Below are positions 14,385-22,649 of a stretch of 25,850 bases of DNA, piece after piece. Each line of letters starts with the position of its first letter. Within the stretch, counting starts at the first letter, position 1. Origin of the DNA: an uncultured Candidatus Saccharibacteria bacterium (GTDB lineage: Bacteria > Patescibacteriota > Minisyncoccia > Minisyncoccales > UBA5738); contig CAYOLX010000003.1 in the NCBI GenBank assembly GCA_964404915.1, positions 1 to 25,850 of the forward strand. Reading direction: 5' to 3'. The position numbers were made by a program, and so were the translations under genes. Below the pieces are notes generated by a model that made no database searches, was not told the origin of the DNA, and saw only the letters and a list, made by a program, of their open reading frames with translations.

Positions 14385-16310
14385 GTGGCAAAAGAAGAAA
14401 AAAATAAAAAAGCGAATTCATACAGCGCCAAGGATATTTCGGTGCTGGAAGGTTTGGAGCCCGTGCGTAAACGGCCGGGAATGTATATCGGTTCCACCGG
14501 TTTGGATGGCTTGCATCACTTGATCTGGGAGGTGGTGGATAATTCGTTGGATGAAGCGATGGCGGGTTATTGCAAAAACATTGACGTGGTTTTGTTGCCC
14601 GGCAATCGCGTGCAAGTTAAAGACGACGGAAGAGGGATTCCGGTGGATATTCATCCTCAAAAAAAGGTTTCGGCGCTGGAAATCGTTTTAACCACTTTGC
14701 ACGCGGGAGGCAAATTTGAGAACAAGGCCTATCAGGTTTCCGGCGGTTTGCACGGCGTGGGCGTGTCGGTGGTCTGCGCGCTGTCCACTTGGTCCAAGGC
14801 CGAAGTTTGCCGCGACGGCGGGCTCTATGTGCAGGAATATGATCGCGGCAAACCGCGCGCCGCGGTTAAAAAAATCGGAAAATGCGACGGGCAGGGAACG
14901 ACAATAACATTTGATCCGGATCCGCAAATTTTCAAGGAAATCAAATTTGATCCCAAAAAAATCATCACTCATTTGCGCCAGCAGGCCTATTTGACCAAGG
15001 GAGTTAAAATCAACATCATCAATCGGGCGATAGAACCGGAAATGACCTACTCTTTCTATTTTGAGGGCGGGCTCTATGCCTATGTGCAGTATCTCACGCG
15101 CGGCAAAACCGCTCTGCATCAAAACATTTTTTATGCCACGGGCAATAAAAATGGAGTGGATGTGGAGGTGGCGTTTATGTATACCGATGAATATGAGGGA
15201 ATGGAACAGGGTTTTGCCAATAATATCGTCACTAATGAAGGCGGCACGCATATCACCGGATTTCGCAGCGCGATGACTCGGGTGTTTAACGACTATGTGC
15301 GCAAAAACAATATTCTGAAAGCCAATGAAGATAATCTTGCCGGCGAGGATTTGCGTGAAGGATTGAGCGCGGTGGTTTCGGTTAAAATCGCCGAACCGCA
15401 ATTTGAGGGGCAAACCAAAGGCAAATTGGGCAATCCCGAAGCCAAAAGCGCGGTGGAGGCGGTGGTGTCGGAAGCTCTTACCGACTTTTTGGAGCGCAAT
15501 CCCGCCGACGCGCGCGCGGTTTTGGAAAAATGCGTTCTGTCGCACAAGGCGCGCAAGGCCGCCAAGGCCGCGCGGGAAACCGTTTTGCGCAAGGGGATTT
15601 TGGATGGCTTGTCCCTGCCGGGCAAATTGGCGGATTGCAGTTCACGCTCTCCCGAGGATTCTGAGATCTACATTGTGGAGGGAAATTCCGCCGGCGGTTC
15701 GGCAAAGCAGGCGCGCGATCGGCGATTTCAGGCGATTTTGCCTTTGCGCGGTAAAATTTTGAATGTGGAGCGCGCGCGTTTGGATAAAATGCTGGAATCA
15801 AAAGAAATCAAGTCGCTGATCATCGCCATGGGCACGGCGGTGGGCGATGATTTTAATTTGGAAAAGCTGCGCTATCATCATATCGTGATTATGGCCGATG
15901 CCGATACCGACGGCGGCCACATCCGCACTCTGTTATTGACGCTCTTTTTCCGATATTTCCGGCCGATCATTGAAAAGGGATATCTCTATGTCGCCCAGCC
16001 GCCGCTCTATAAAATGACCGCGGGCAAAGAAATACGCTATGCCTATACCGAAGACGAAAAAGAAAATATTTTAAAAACCTTCAACAAGCCGGGATTGAAT
16101 CTTCAGCGATACAAAGGTTTGGGAGAAATGAACGCCGAAGAGCTTTGGGAAACCACGATGAATCCGCGCAATCGAATGTTGTTGCAGGTGCAAATTGAAG
16201 ACGCCCAAGAAGCCGACGCCACTTTTGATATGCTGATGGGCGACGAAGTTCTGCCGCGTAAAAAATTCATCCAAACCTACGCCAAAACCGTGAAGAATTT
16301 GGATGTCTAA
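14385..16310 (+). CDS. gyrB: DNA gyrase subunit B
   Basis: GTG start. LEGLEPVRKRPGMYIGST, EVVDNS.DE, GGLHGVGVSVV, PQFEGQTK, EGNSAGGS, PLRGKILNV, DAD.DG.HI, QRYKGLGEMN..ELWETTM, DEVLPRK.FI. Confidence 0.98.
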   Translation: MAKEEKNKKANSYSAKDISVLEGLEPVRKRPGMYIGSTGLDGLHHLIWEVVDNSLDEAMAGYCKNIDVVLLPGNRVQVKDDGRGIPVDIHPQKKVSALEIVLTTLHAGGKFENKAYQVSGGLHGVGVSVVCALSTWSKAEVCRDGGLYVQEYDRGKPRAAVKKIGKCDGQGTTITFDPDPQIFKEIKFDPKKIITHLRQQAYLTKGVKINIINRAIEPEMTYSFYFEGGLYAYVQYLTRGKTALHQNIFYATGNKNGVDVEVAFMYTDEYEGMEQGFANNIVTNEGGTHITGFRSAMTRVFNDYVRKNNILKANEDNLAGEDLREGLSAVVSVKIAEPQFEGQTKGKLGNPEAKSAVEAVVSEALTDFLERNPADARAVLEKCVLSHKARKAAKAARETVLRKGILDGLSLPGKLADCSSRSPEDSEIYIVEGNSAGGSAKQARDRRFQAILPLRGKILNVERARLDKMLESKEIKSLIIAMGTAVGDDFNLEKLRYHHIVIMADADTDGGHIRTLLLTLFFRYFRPIIEKGYLYVAQPPLYKMTAGKEIRYAYTEDEKENILKTFNKPGLNLQRYKGLGEMNAEELWETTMNPRNRMLLQVQIEDAQEADATFDMLMGDEVLPRKKFIQTYAKTVKNLDV

Positions 16311-16382
16311 AATCCATCTCAAATGTCAGATCCAAGATGTCAAAACCAAATCTCAAATCTGAAAACTTAAAAATCCAATAAA

Positions 16383-17138
16383 ATGCCAGAAGAAATTTTT
16401 TCGAATATCTTGGCGGAAGAAGAGCCCGAAACGCAAGAAGATCAAGATGAGGAAAACCCAAACCGTCCGGATTTGAGTTTGGATATGAAAACATCGGGGA
16501 ATAAACCCGAAGATTTATCGGAAAGGGATAATGATGCTCATCCTGCAAGAACTGCGAAAGAAGTTAGGGAAAAATTAACTAAAGATTTCGGAGAAGATCC
16601 ACAAATCATTAAACAAAGCATTGAGGAATTGTTGGCAAGCCCAAGACCGATTGAGGAGTTGCGAGAAAAAATTTTAAAAGTCAATGAAGAAATGATTGGA
16701 GGCAAGGAAGTGGAAATTGGACGCAATGGCCGCAAAATACATTTAACCGAAACAGAAATTGACAAAAAAATAGAACCATTAATCATCGGCCTGTGGCGCT
16801 GGAATGTCATAACTCTCCAAAGTTGCGGGGGACATAGAATTCCAAAGGGATTTGAGTCGCCTTATCCGTTTGTTATTTTTGCAAAAGAGCATGAAGGTCT
16901 TGTCAGAAAAATACTGGAATCATATGATCATGCGAAAGAATGGAAAATAAAAATTGATGAAGTTCAAGACAAAAATTTGGTTTTGCACCCCAAGTTAAAA
17001 GAAAGTAAAAATGAATTTTTAAACGTATGGTCTTTAATGATAAAATTTGCAGCTTATCAAAAAGAGGCAAAAAGATTTGCCCGATGGTTGCAAAAAATTC
17101 CCGATGATTATTTTATTACCAAGCAGAAAAAAAGCTGA
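16383..17138 (+). CDS. Hypothetical protein with acidic disordered N-terminus and an ID..I.PL....T..SC.GH domain
   Basis: 251-aa ORF, visibly more AT-rich than gyrB; motif IDKKIEPLIIGLWRWNVITLQSCGGH. Confidence 0.72.
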   Translation: MPEEIFSNILAEEEPETQEDQDEENPNRPDLSLDMKTSGNKPEDLSERDNDAHPARTAKEVREKLTKDFGEDPQIIKQSIEELLASPRPIEELREKILKVNEEMIGGKEVEIGRNGRKIHLTETEIDKKIEPLIIGLWRWNVITLQSCGGHRIPKGFESPYPFVIFAKEHEGLVRKILESYDHAKEWKIKIDEVQDKNLVLHPKLKESKNEFLNVWSLMIKFAAYQKEAKRFARWLQKIPDDYFITKQKKS

Positions 17139-17251
17139 AATGATTTTGGTTCGCCGGTCTTTGGTTTTTTTGGATGCGGCTCCGGGATTTGGAAATTGAT
17201 ACTGAAGATCGATTTTGACATTTTGGGGGATGTTTGGTATAAGGAGGTTAT

Positions 17252-17270
17252 AAGCCCTTCGGGCTTTTTT
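17252..17270 (+). terminator. Short hairpin + T-run upstream of secE (terminator or 5' leader hairpin)
   Basis: AAGCCC-TTC-GGGCTT-TTTT. It lies just downstream of TTGACA(17215-17220), 17 nt, TATAAG(17238-17243). Confidence 0.45.
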
Positions 17271-17283
17271 AAGAGGAAACATT

Positions 17284-17484
17284 ATGGATATTATCGGCGT
17301 TGCCGTTAAATTTTTGAAGGAGTCGCGCGCGGAGATCAAGAAAGTCAATTGGCTGCCGCGGCCGAAATTGATCAATTACACTTTGCTGGTGATCGTTTTT
17401 ATGGTGGGAACGGCGGTGTTTTTGGGATCGCTTGATTGGGGATTCGCTTTTTTGTTGCAAGAATTCGTTCTTGGCGGCAGATAA
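17284..17484 (+). CDS. secE: Preprotein translocase subunit SecE
   Basis: FLKESRAEIKKVNW.P...YTLLVI...FLGSLDWGF, single TM, directly upstream of nusG. Confidence 0.93.
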   Translation: MDIIGVAVKFLKESRAEIKKVNWLPRPKLINYTLLVIVFMVGTAVFLGSLDWGFAFLLQEFVLGGR

Positions 17485-17536
17485 TTTTTTATAATTTCGT
17501 TTTACGCTTTTCGCTTTAAACTTTACGCTTTCAAAT

Positions 17537-18082
17537 ATGGCAAAACAACAAATAAGCTCCGAAAGAAATTGGTATGTCATCCACACCTATTCGGGCTATG
17601 AAGAGGCGGTGGCCAAAAACCTCAAACAAAGAATTGAATCGCTGGGAATGGAGGACAAGATTTTCAACGTGATCGTTCCCAAAGAGAAGAAAATAAAAAT
17701 CAAAGAAGGCAAGCGCAAAACCGTGGAGGAAAAAATTTATCCCGGATATATTCTGGTGGAAATGAACGTGACCGATGATTCATGGTATGTGGTGCGCAAC
17801 ACTCCCAATGTGACCGGGTTTGTGGGCGCGGGAACCACGCCGATTCCGGTATCGGCCGAAGAAATTGCCGATTTAAAAAAGCGGATGGAGATGTCCGAAC
17901 CCGAGTTTAACATTGAAGTGAGTATCGGTGATTTGATTAAAATCACCGACGGCCCCTTCAAGGATTCCGAGGGCAAAGTTTCCGAGGTGGATCGCGAACG
18001 CGGCAAAGTGAAAGTGCTGGTGAATATGTTCGGCCGCGACACTCCCGTGGAATTGGATTCACTGCAAATCAAGAAAGTTTAA
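17537..18082 (+). CDS. nusG: Transcription termination/antitermination factor NusG
   Basis: WYVIHTYSGYE, IYPGYILVEM, VRNTPNVTGFVG, KOW GD.IKITDGPF...GKV, V.VNMFGR.TPVEL. Confidence 0.98.
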   Translation: MAKQQISSERNWYVIHTYSGYEEAVAKNLKQRIESLGMEDKIFNVIVPKEKKIKIKEGKRKTVEEKIYPGYILVEMNVTDDSWYVVRNTPNVTGFVGAGTTPIPVSAEEIADLKKRMEMSEPEFNIEVSIGDLIKITDGPFKDSEGKVSEVDRERGKVKVLVNMFGRDTPVELDSLQIKKV

Positions 18083-18204
18083 AATTAAAAAATCAAAGTT
18101 AAAAATGACAGTGTAAAATTAAAAATTAAAAATACATCAGAATACATTTTGACATTTTAAATTGTAATTTTGATTTTTGATTTTTGCATTTTCAACTTAT
18201 TAAC
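18083..18204 (+). repeat. AT-rich intergenic hairpin element (GACAAT family)
   Basis: Near-identical to 14264-14384. Confidence 0.85.
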
Positions 18205-18627
18205 GTGGCTAAAAAAATCAAATCAAAGGTAACATTGCAGATTCAGGCGGGCAAGGCGACTCCCGCGCCGCCGATCGGTCCGTCATTGGCGCAACACGGC
18301 ATCAACTTAGGGGAATTCGTGAAGCAATTCAACGATTTATCGCGTCCGATGATGGGCTACAAAGTTGGAGTGGAGGTAACAGTCTATGAAGATCGCAGTT
18401 TTTCGTTGACGCTCAAACAACCGCCGGCCAGTGAATTGTTGAAAAAAGCCGCGGGAATTGAAAAAGGATCGGCGCAACCCAACAAAAAAATCGTCGCCAA
18501 GATCAGCAAGGCGCAACTCAAAAAAATCGCCGAGCAAAAAATGCCCGATTTAAACGCGGTTGACATTGACGGCGCGATGAAAATTCTCGCCGGCACCGCC
18601 AAAAATATGGGGATCGCGGTGGAGTAG
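18205..18627 (+). CDS. rplK: 50S ribosomal protein uL11
   Basis: GTG start at 18205. LQIQAGKATPAPPIGPSLAQHG.N..EF.KQFN, KQPPASELLKKAAGI.KGS, KMPDLNA, GTAKNMGI.V. Confidence 0.98.
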   Translation: MAKKIKSKVTLQIQAGKATPAPPIGPSLAQHGINLGEFVKQFNDLSRPMMGYKVGVEVTVYEDRSFSLTLKQPPASELLKKAAGIEKGSAQPNKKIVAKISKAQLKKIAEQKMPDLNAVDIDGAMKILAGTAKNMGIAVE

Positions 18628-18650
18628 ATTTTACGCGAAGATTAAAATCA

Positions 18651-18680
18651 GCAAAACCCCGCGAGAGCGGGGTTTTGCGT
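18651..18680 (+). terminator. Intrinsic terminator after rplK
   Basis: Perfect 12-bp stem GCAAAACCCCGC-GAGA-GCGGGGTTTTGC with a GNRA loop. Confidence 0.85.
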
Positions 18681-18703
18681 TATTTGATGGGGTTTGATAG
18701 GAT
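18675..18703 (+). promoter_or_regulatory. Putative promoter of the MNT-HEPN operon
   Basis: TTGCGT(18675-18680), 17 nt, TAGGAT(18698-18703), with an extended TG; ATG follows 6 nt later. Confidence 0.55.
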
Positions 18704-18709
18704 GGAGGT

Positions 18710-19009
18710 ATGAAGAAGATTGATTTTATCAATGATAAAAATCGGGAGAAGCTCAACGCGATTTTCGCGGAATACGGCGTTAAAAAAGCCGCGGTTTTCG
18801 GCTCGGTCGCGCGGGGGGAGCAAACGAAAAAGAGCGACATTGATTTTTTAATTGAATTGGAAGACGGCCGCACGTTGTTTGATTTGGGCGGGCTGAAAGT
18901 TGATTTGGAAAAAATTTTAAATAAAAAAGTTGATTTGGTGGAGTATGGAGCAATTCGTCCTTTATTCAAAAAGCAAATATTAAAGGACGAAATTTCAATT
19001 TCGTTATGA
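18710..19009 (+). CDS. MNT-family minimal nucleotidyltransferase (MntA-like antitoxin)
   Basis: FGSVARGEQTKKSDIDFLIE (GSx10DxD), LFDLGGL..DLE.IL.KKVDLV. Confidence 0.92.
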   Translation: MKKIDFINDKNREKLNAIFAEYGVKKAAVFGSVARGEQTKKSDIDFLIELEDGRTLFDLGGLKVDLEKILNKKVDLVEYGAIRPLFKKQILKDEISISL

Positions 19010-19377
19010 TAAAAAGAACTCAAGAGCTTTTTGTTCAAGATATTTTGGATGCAATTAATGATATTCAAAATTTTGTCGCGGGGATGAGCGCGGACGGCTT
19101 CTTTGCCGACAAAAAGACGCAAGCCGCGGTGATTTATCGTTTTCAAATTATCGGCGAAGCGGCGAAAAACTTGTCGGCGGATCTAAAAAGAAAATATCCG
19201 CAAATTGTGTGGAAAAAGATTACCGGAATCAGAAACATTTTAGTGCATGAATATTTCGGCGTGCAATTAAAAACGATTTGGGACACGATAAAAAACGATT
19301 TACCCGATTTGAAAGAAAAAATCACTCAAATAATGAAAGACAGCGATTTTGGCCGGCAAAAAAAATTATTACGTTGA
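19006..19377 (+). CDS. HEPN / DUF86 RNase toxin (HepT-like)
   Basis: 4-bp overlap with MNT. DILDAI..I, FQIIGEAAK.L, W.KI.G.RNILVHEYF (RX4HXY), IWDTI.NDLP.L. Confidence 0.92.
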   Translation: MIKRTQELFVQDILDAINDIQNFVAGMSADGFFADKKTQAAVIYRFQIIGEAAKNLSADLKRKYPQIVWKKITGIRNILVHEYFGVQLKTIWDTIKNDLPDLKEKITQIMKDSDFGRQKKLLR

Positions 19378-19391
19378 GTTTGGTTTTATCC

Positions 19392-19416
19392 GTAGGGGCG
19401 CCCCTTGCGGGCGCCC
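19392..19416 (+). repeat. GTAG-type REP-like hairpin
   Basis: GTAG followed by GGGCGCCC-CTTGC-GGGCGCCC (8-bp GC stem). Confidence 0.55.
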
Positions 19417-19489
19417 TTTAATGTCAAAAATTTGGTTTTTGTCAAGGGTGGCGGGGGAGGGGAAAAAGAGATATAATCAGATTGAAATA

Positions 19490-19629
19490 ACCAATTTCCA
19501 ATTTTCAATGACCAATAAATGACCAATTCCAAAATTTAAAAATGTTAAAATCAAAAGCAGGTTTTTGGCATTTTTGAATTTTTAAATTTATTGGGAATTG
19601 GTAATTGGAAATTTTGATATTTTAATTAT
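19490..19629 (+). repeat. AT-rich intergenic hairpin element (CCAATT/AATTGG subfamily)
   Basis: Left arm CCAATTTCCAATTTTCAATGACCAAT; right arm 19584-19616 matches 7536-7568 at 32/33 nt. Confidence 0.78.
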
Positions 19630-20211
19630 ATGATTCTGTCGGACAATGATATTAGAAAATATATGGATTGCGGCAAGATCAAGATTGATCCGCGACCGAA
19701 TTTTGAGGATTGTTTGGGTCCCTGCTCGCTTGATTTGTGCCTGGGAAATCACTTCAAGATGTTTCGGCCGTCAAATTACGCGTTCATTGACGTAAAAAAC
19801 AATTATAACGGCGAATTGATGGAAGAGGTGGTTGTGGGCGACGGGATGCCGTTTATCATCCAGCCGCGGGAATTTGTGATTGCCGTCACCAAAGAAACCA
19901 TCACTTTGGCGCCGGATTTGATGGGACGGCTGGACGGACGGTCATCGTTGGGGCGGCTGGGTTTGGCGGTGCACAGCACCGCGGCGCGATTTGATCCGGG
20001 TTGGACAGGCAAGGCGGTGATGGAATTTGGCAATCTGGGCATCCGGCCGATTATTCTTTACGCGGGAATGCGCGTTTGCGCCATGACCTTTGAAACGCTT
20101 TCTTCGCCCTCGGGCGTGCCCTATTTGGCGCAAAAAGACCACAAATACGCGGGGCAGGACGACGCGGTGGGAAGTAAGATTACCGAGGAAGAAAATATAA
20201 GTAAAAAGTAA
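19630..20211 (+). CDS. dcd: dCTP deaminase
   Basis: MILSD..I, GPCSLDL.LG, DGRSSLGRLGL.VH.TA...DPGW.G...EFGN, GMRVC...FE, KY.GQ. Confidence 0.95.
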   Translation: MILSDNDIRKYMDCGKIKIDPRPNFEDCLGPCSLDLCLGNHFKMFRPSNYAFIDVKNNYNGELMEEVVVGDGMPFIIQPREFVIAVTKETITLAPDLMGRLDGRSSLGRLGLAVHSTAARFDPGWTGKAVMEFGNLGIRPIILYAGMRVCAMTFETLSSPSGVPYLAQKDHKYAGQDDAVGSKITEEENISKK

Positions 20212-20324
20212 AAATGAAAAATTAAAAACGATAATTTTAAATTAAAAATTATTAAATAAGGATTTTTCATTTTTAAATTTTAGTTTTCGTTTTTACCTTT
20301 TCATTTTCAGTTTTTAAATTAGAG
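20212..20324 (+). repeat. AT-rich intergenic hairpin element (variant)
   Basis: AAAATGAAAAATTAAAAACGATAATTTTAAATT pairs imperfectly with AATTTTAGTTTTCGTTTTTACCTTTTCATTTT. Confidence 0.7.
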
Positions 20325-21926
20325 ATGATTTCAACGAAAGATATTAAGCTAAAGTTTTTGGGGATAACGCCGGTGTGGAATGACCAAACCGGCAGTTTGT
20401 TGCCCCAGCAATTGGTGGCGCTTTCGGGTTTGCTGACCTATAGCGGCAAGCCAATCGGCGCGATTTTAGAAGAATTGCGGCAAGGGGGAAAAGACATTGA
20501 CAAAAAAGTGATCGCCATTTTGCGCAAGTCGTCGCTGAAAGGCCATGCGTCAATGGCGACCACTCCGGCATTCTCCTTTTCCTATGAAGCCAGCAAGTTT
20601 ATTGATTCGGCGCTCACCGGCATTGTGTTCGCGTCGGCGATTATGGCTTCGGGAAGAAGAACCGACACCGTTCCCGAGGATATTGTCTATCCGCGGGCGA
20701 TTGCCAAGGACTTGCGCGCGCGCGAAATCTATAAAATCGCTTCCGAAAAAAACATTGAAACGTTAAATTGGCTGTTGGCGGCCGGGGTGGGAAAAGACGA
20801 GGCAAGCAAAATCCTGCAATATGGCATCTATGGCACGGGCATCGTCCAATTTTCAGCGGAATCATTGGCGACTTTGAGGCGCGAATATGACGCGCAATCC
20901 GATTGGATGCCCGAAGATGTGGGTTTTTTGATCGCCGCGATTGAAAAAGAACTTAAAGGCGCGGGGATTGACTTGCTCTATGCCACTCGTTTGGCGGCGC
21001 CGCGCAATAATTATCCGTATCCTAACATTTTCAAAAATCCCGCGACACCCAACTTGGTGCGCGAGGCGGCGTGCTTAGCGGGCAAAGATGAGTTTAAAAT
21101 TATTGCCGCCGATTTTATCCCTTCAACGGGGCTCAAAGAAAGATTGAAAAATTTGGAGCAAAAAATGGCGGCGGCGTCCAAAGACAGAAAAAAGCTGGTT
21201 GAGCAGTGGCAAGAAATCCTGTCTGAACGCCAGCAAATTTGCGGCGATTACGCGCCTTGCGCCAATGTCAAAATTTTTTCTTCATCGGCATGGCGGGTGT
21301 GGGGCGACAAAAAGCGGCATCGCACGGTGCCGATGGCGGTGGATTCGGTTTATGAGAGTGTTGCCCGCGCCGCCAAAGTTTTTACTGCGTTGAGCGGCAA
21401 AATCAGCGCCAAAAAACTTTCACATGGAGAGGTGGACGATATTGACCGAATCTTTTCGGTGCCGCCGGCAATCTTTGCCGACAAAGAGTTCCTTTATGGT
21501 TATCTTGACGCGGCGTCATCGTCCTTTGGCGCCTATCAAGAATTGATAAAAATCGGCATCGCGCCGCGGGATGCGATTTTTGCCGTGCCGCGGGGGCTAA
21601 AAATTGACATTGTGCAAGATTATAATTTGTATAATTTAATTGCCGGATATTATCCGTTGCGAATTTGCTCCACCGCCGAAGAAGAATTGCGCCGCGCCAG
21701 CATCAAAGAAGTTGTGGCGATCAAGAATCTTTTGCAGGAACGGAAAATGGATTGGCTGGCGCGCCACATCGCGCCCAAATGCCACTGCGCCGGTTTTTGC
21801 TTGGAAGAGAGGGCTTGCGGCGCCATTAAGGGGTTGAACAAAGATTATGATGATGATTTTCACCGGGCGCTTCACTCTGATTTGGAAGATAAATTTCAAA
21901 AAATTCTTGATCAAATAAATGGTTAA
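20325..21926 (+). CDS. thyX: FAD-dependent thymidylate synthase, tandem double-Thy1-domain form
   Basis: N-domain LKGHASMA and GVGKDEASKILQYG. C-domain RHRTVPMAVDS (RHR-X7-S), GIAPRDAIFAVP and LRICSTAEEELR. Lies between dcd and tmk. Confidence 0.8.
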   Translation: MISTKDIKLKFLGITPVWNDQTGSLLPQQLVALSGLLTYSGKPIGAILEELRQGGKDIDKKVIAILRKSSLKGHASMATTPAFSFSYEASKFIDSALTGIVFASAIMASGRRTDTVPEDIVYPRAIAKDLRAREIYKIASEKNIETLNWLLAAGVGKDEASKILQYGIYGTGIVQFSAESLATLRREYDAQSDWMPEDVGFLIAAIEKELKGAGIDLLYATRLAAPRNNYPYPNIFKNPATPNLVREAACLAGKDEFKIIAADFIPSTGLKERLKNLEQKMAAASKDRKKLVEQWQEILSERQQICGDYAPCANVKIFSSSAWRVWGDKKRHRTVPMAVDSVYESVARAAKVFTALSGKISAKKLSHGEVDDIDRIFSVPPAIFADKEFLYGYLDAASSSFGAYQELIKIGIAPRDAIFAVPRGLKIDIVQDYNLYNLIAGYYPLRICSTAEEELRRASIKEVVAIKNLLQERKMDWLARHIAPKCHCAGFCLEERACGAIKGLNKDYDDDFHRALHSDLEDKFQKILDQING

Positions 21927-22545
21927 AAATAATCATTCAGTGAAATTTATTGTTTTGGAAGGATTGGATGGCGCGGGAAAATCCACTCAAGCGGCGCTGA
22001 TCGCCGATGATTTGAGAAAATCCGGCAAAGAAGTTTTCTTAACTCAAGAACCCGGGCAATCCGCGCCGGGCAAGCTTGCCCGAAGTTATTTGTCGGGCGC
22101 GCGGAATTGTTCGCCGGACTGTTTGCAACTGCTTTTTGCCGCGGATCGCGCTTGTCATTTGGAAAAAGAAATTATCCCCCATCTTCGCGCGGACGATATT
22201 GTGATTAGCGATCGTTATTTTCTATCTTCGCTGGCATATGGCGCGGTTGGTTCTCATTTGGATTGGCTTTGGTCGATTAACAAAAATTTTTTATTTCCTG
22301 ATTTAACGATTTATCTTGATGTTTCGCCGCAAGTTTACGCGCGAAGAATCGCGCGGAACGGAAAATCAATCGAGATGTTTGAGGATGTTGAAATTTTGGA
22401 AATTGTGAGGCAGAATTATAATAAAGCGATAGCGATGCTCTCCAATAGTATGAAAATTGTCCTCACGGATGGCGATCGCGCCAAAGAAGAAGTTTTTGCT
22501 GATATCATTAATGAAATAAATTTAAAATTGAAAAATCAAAATTAA
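21919..22545 (+). CDS. tmk: Thymidylate kinase
   Basis: FIVLEGLDGAGKSTQ, TQEPG, LLFAADRACH, VISDRYFLSSLAYG, PDLTIYLDV. 8-bp overlap with thyX. Confidence 0.96.
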   Translation: MVKNNHSVKFIVLEGLDGAGKSTQAALIADDLRKSGKEVFLTQEPGQSAPGKLARSYLSGARNCSPDCLQLLFAADRACHLEKEIIPHLRADDIVISDRYFLSSLAYGAVGSHLDWLWSINKNFLFPDLTIYLDVSPQVYARRIARNGKSIEMFEDVEILEIVRQNYNKAIAMLSNSMKIVLTDGDRAKEEVFADIINEINLKLKNQN

Positions 22546-22649
22546 AAATTACAATGTAAGACGAAAAAAATAAAAAATATAAATCAGGACATTTTACATT
22601 TTAAATTGTCATTTTTATTTTTGATCTTTACATTTTGAATTTTAAATTT
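22546..22649 (+). repeat. AT-rich intergenic hairpin element (GACAAT family)
   Basis: AAAAATTACAATGTAA...TTTTAAATTGTCATTTTTATTTTTGATCTTTACATTTT; the left arm starts inside the last tmk codons. Confidence 0.78.

Noticed and set aside
19446-19462. G-quadruplex in GGGTGGCGGGGGAGGGG
   Set aside because: It lacks four clean G3 runs and is a single occurrence with no supporting context.
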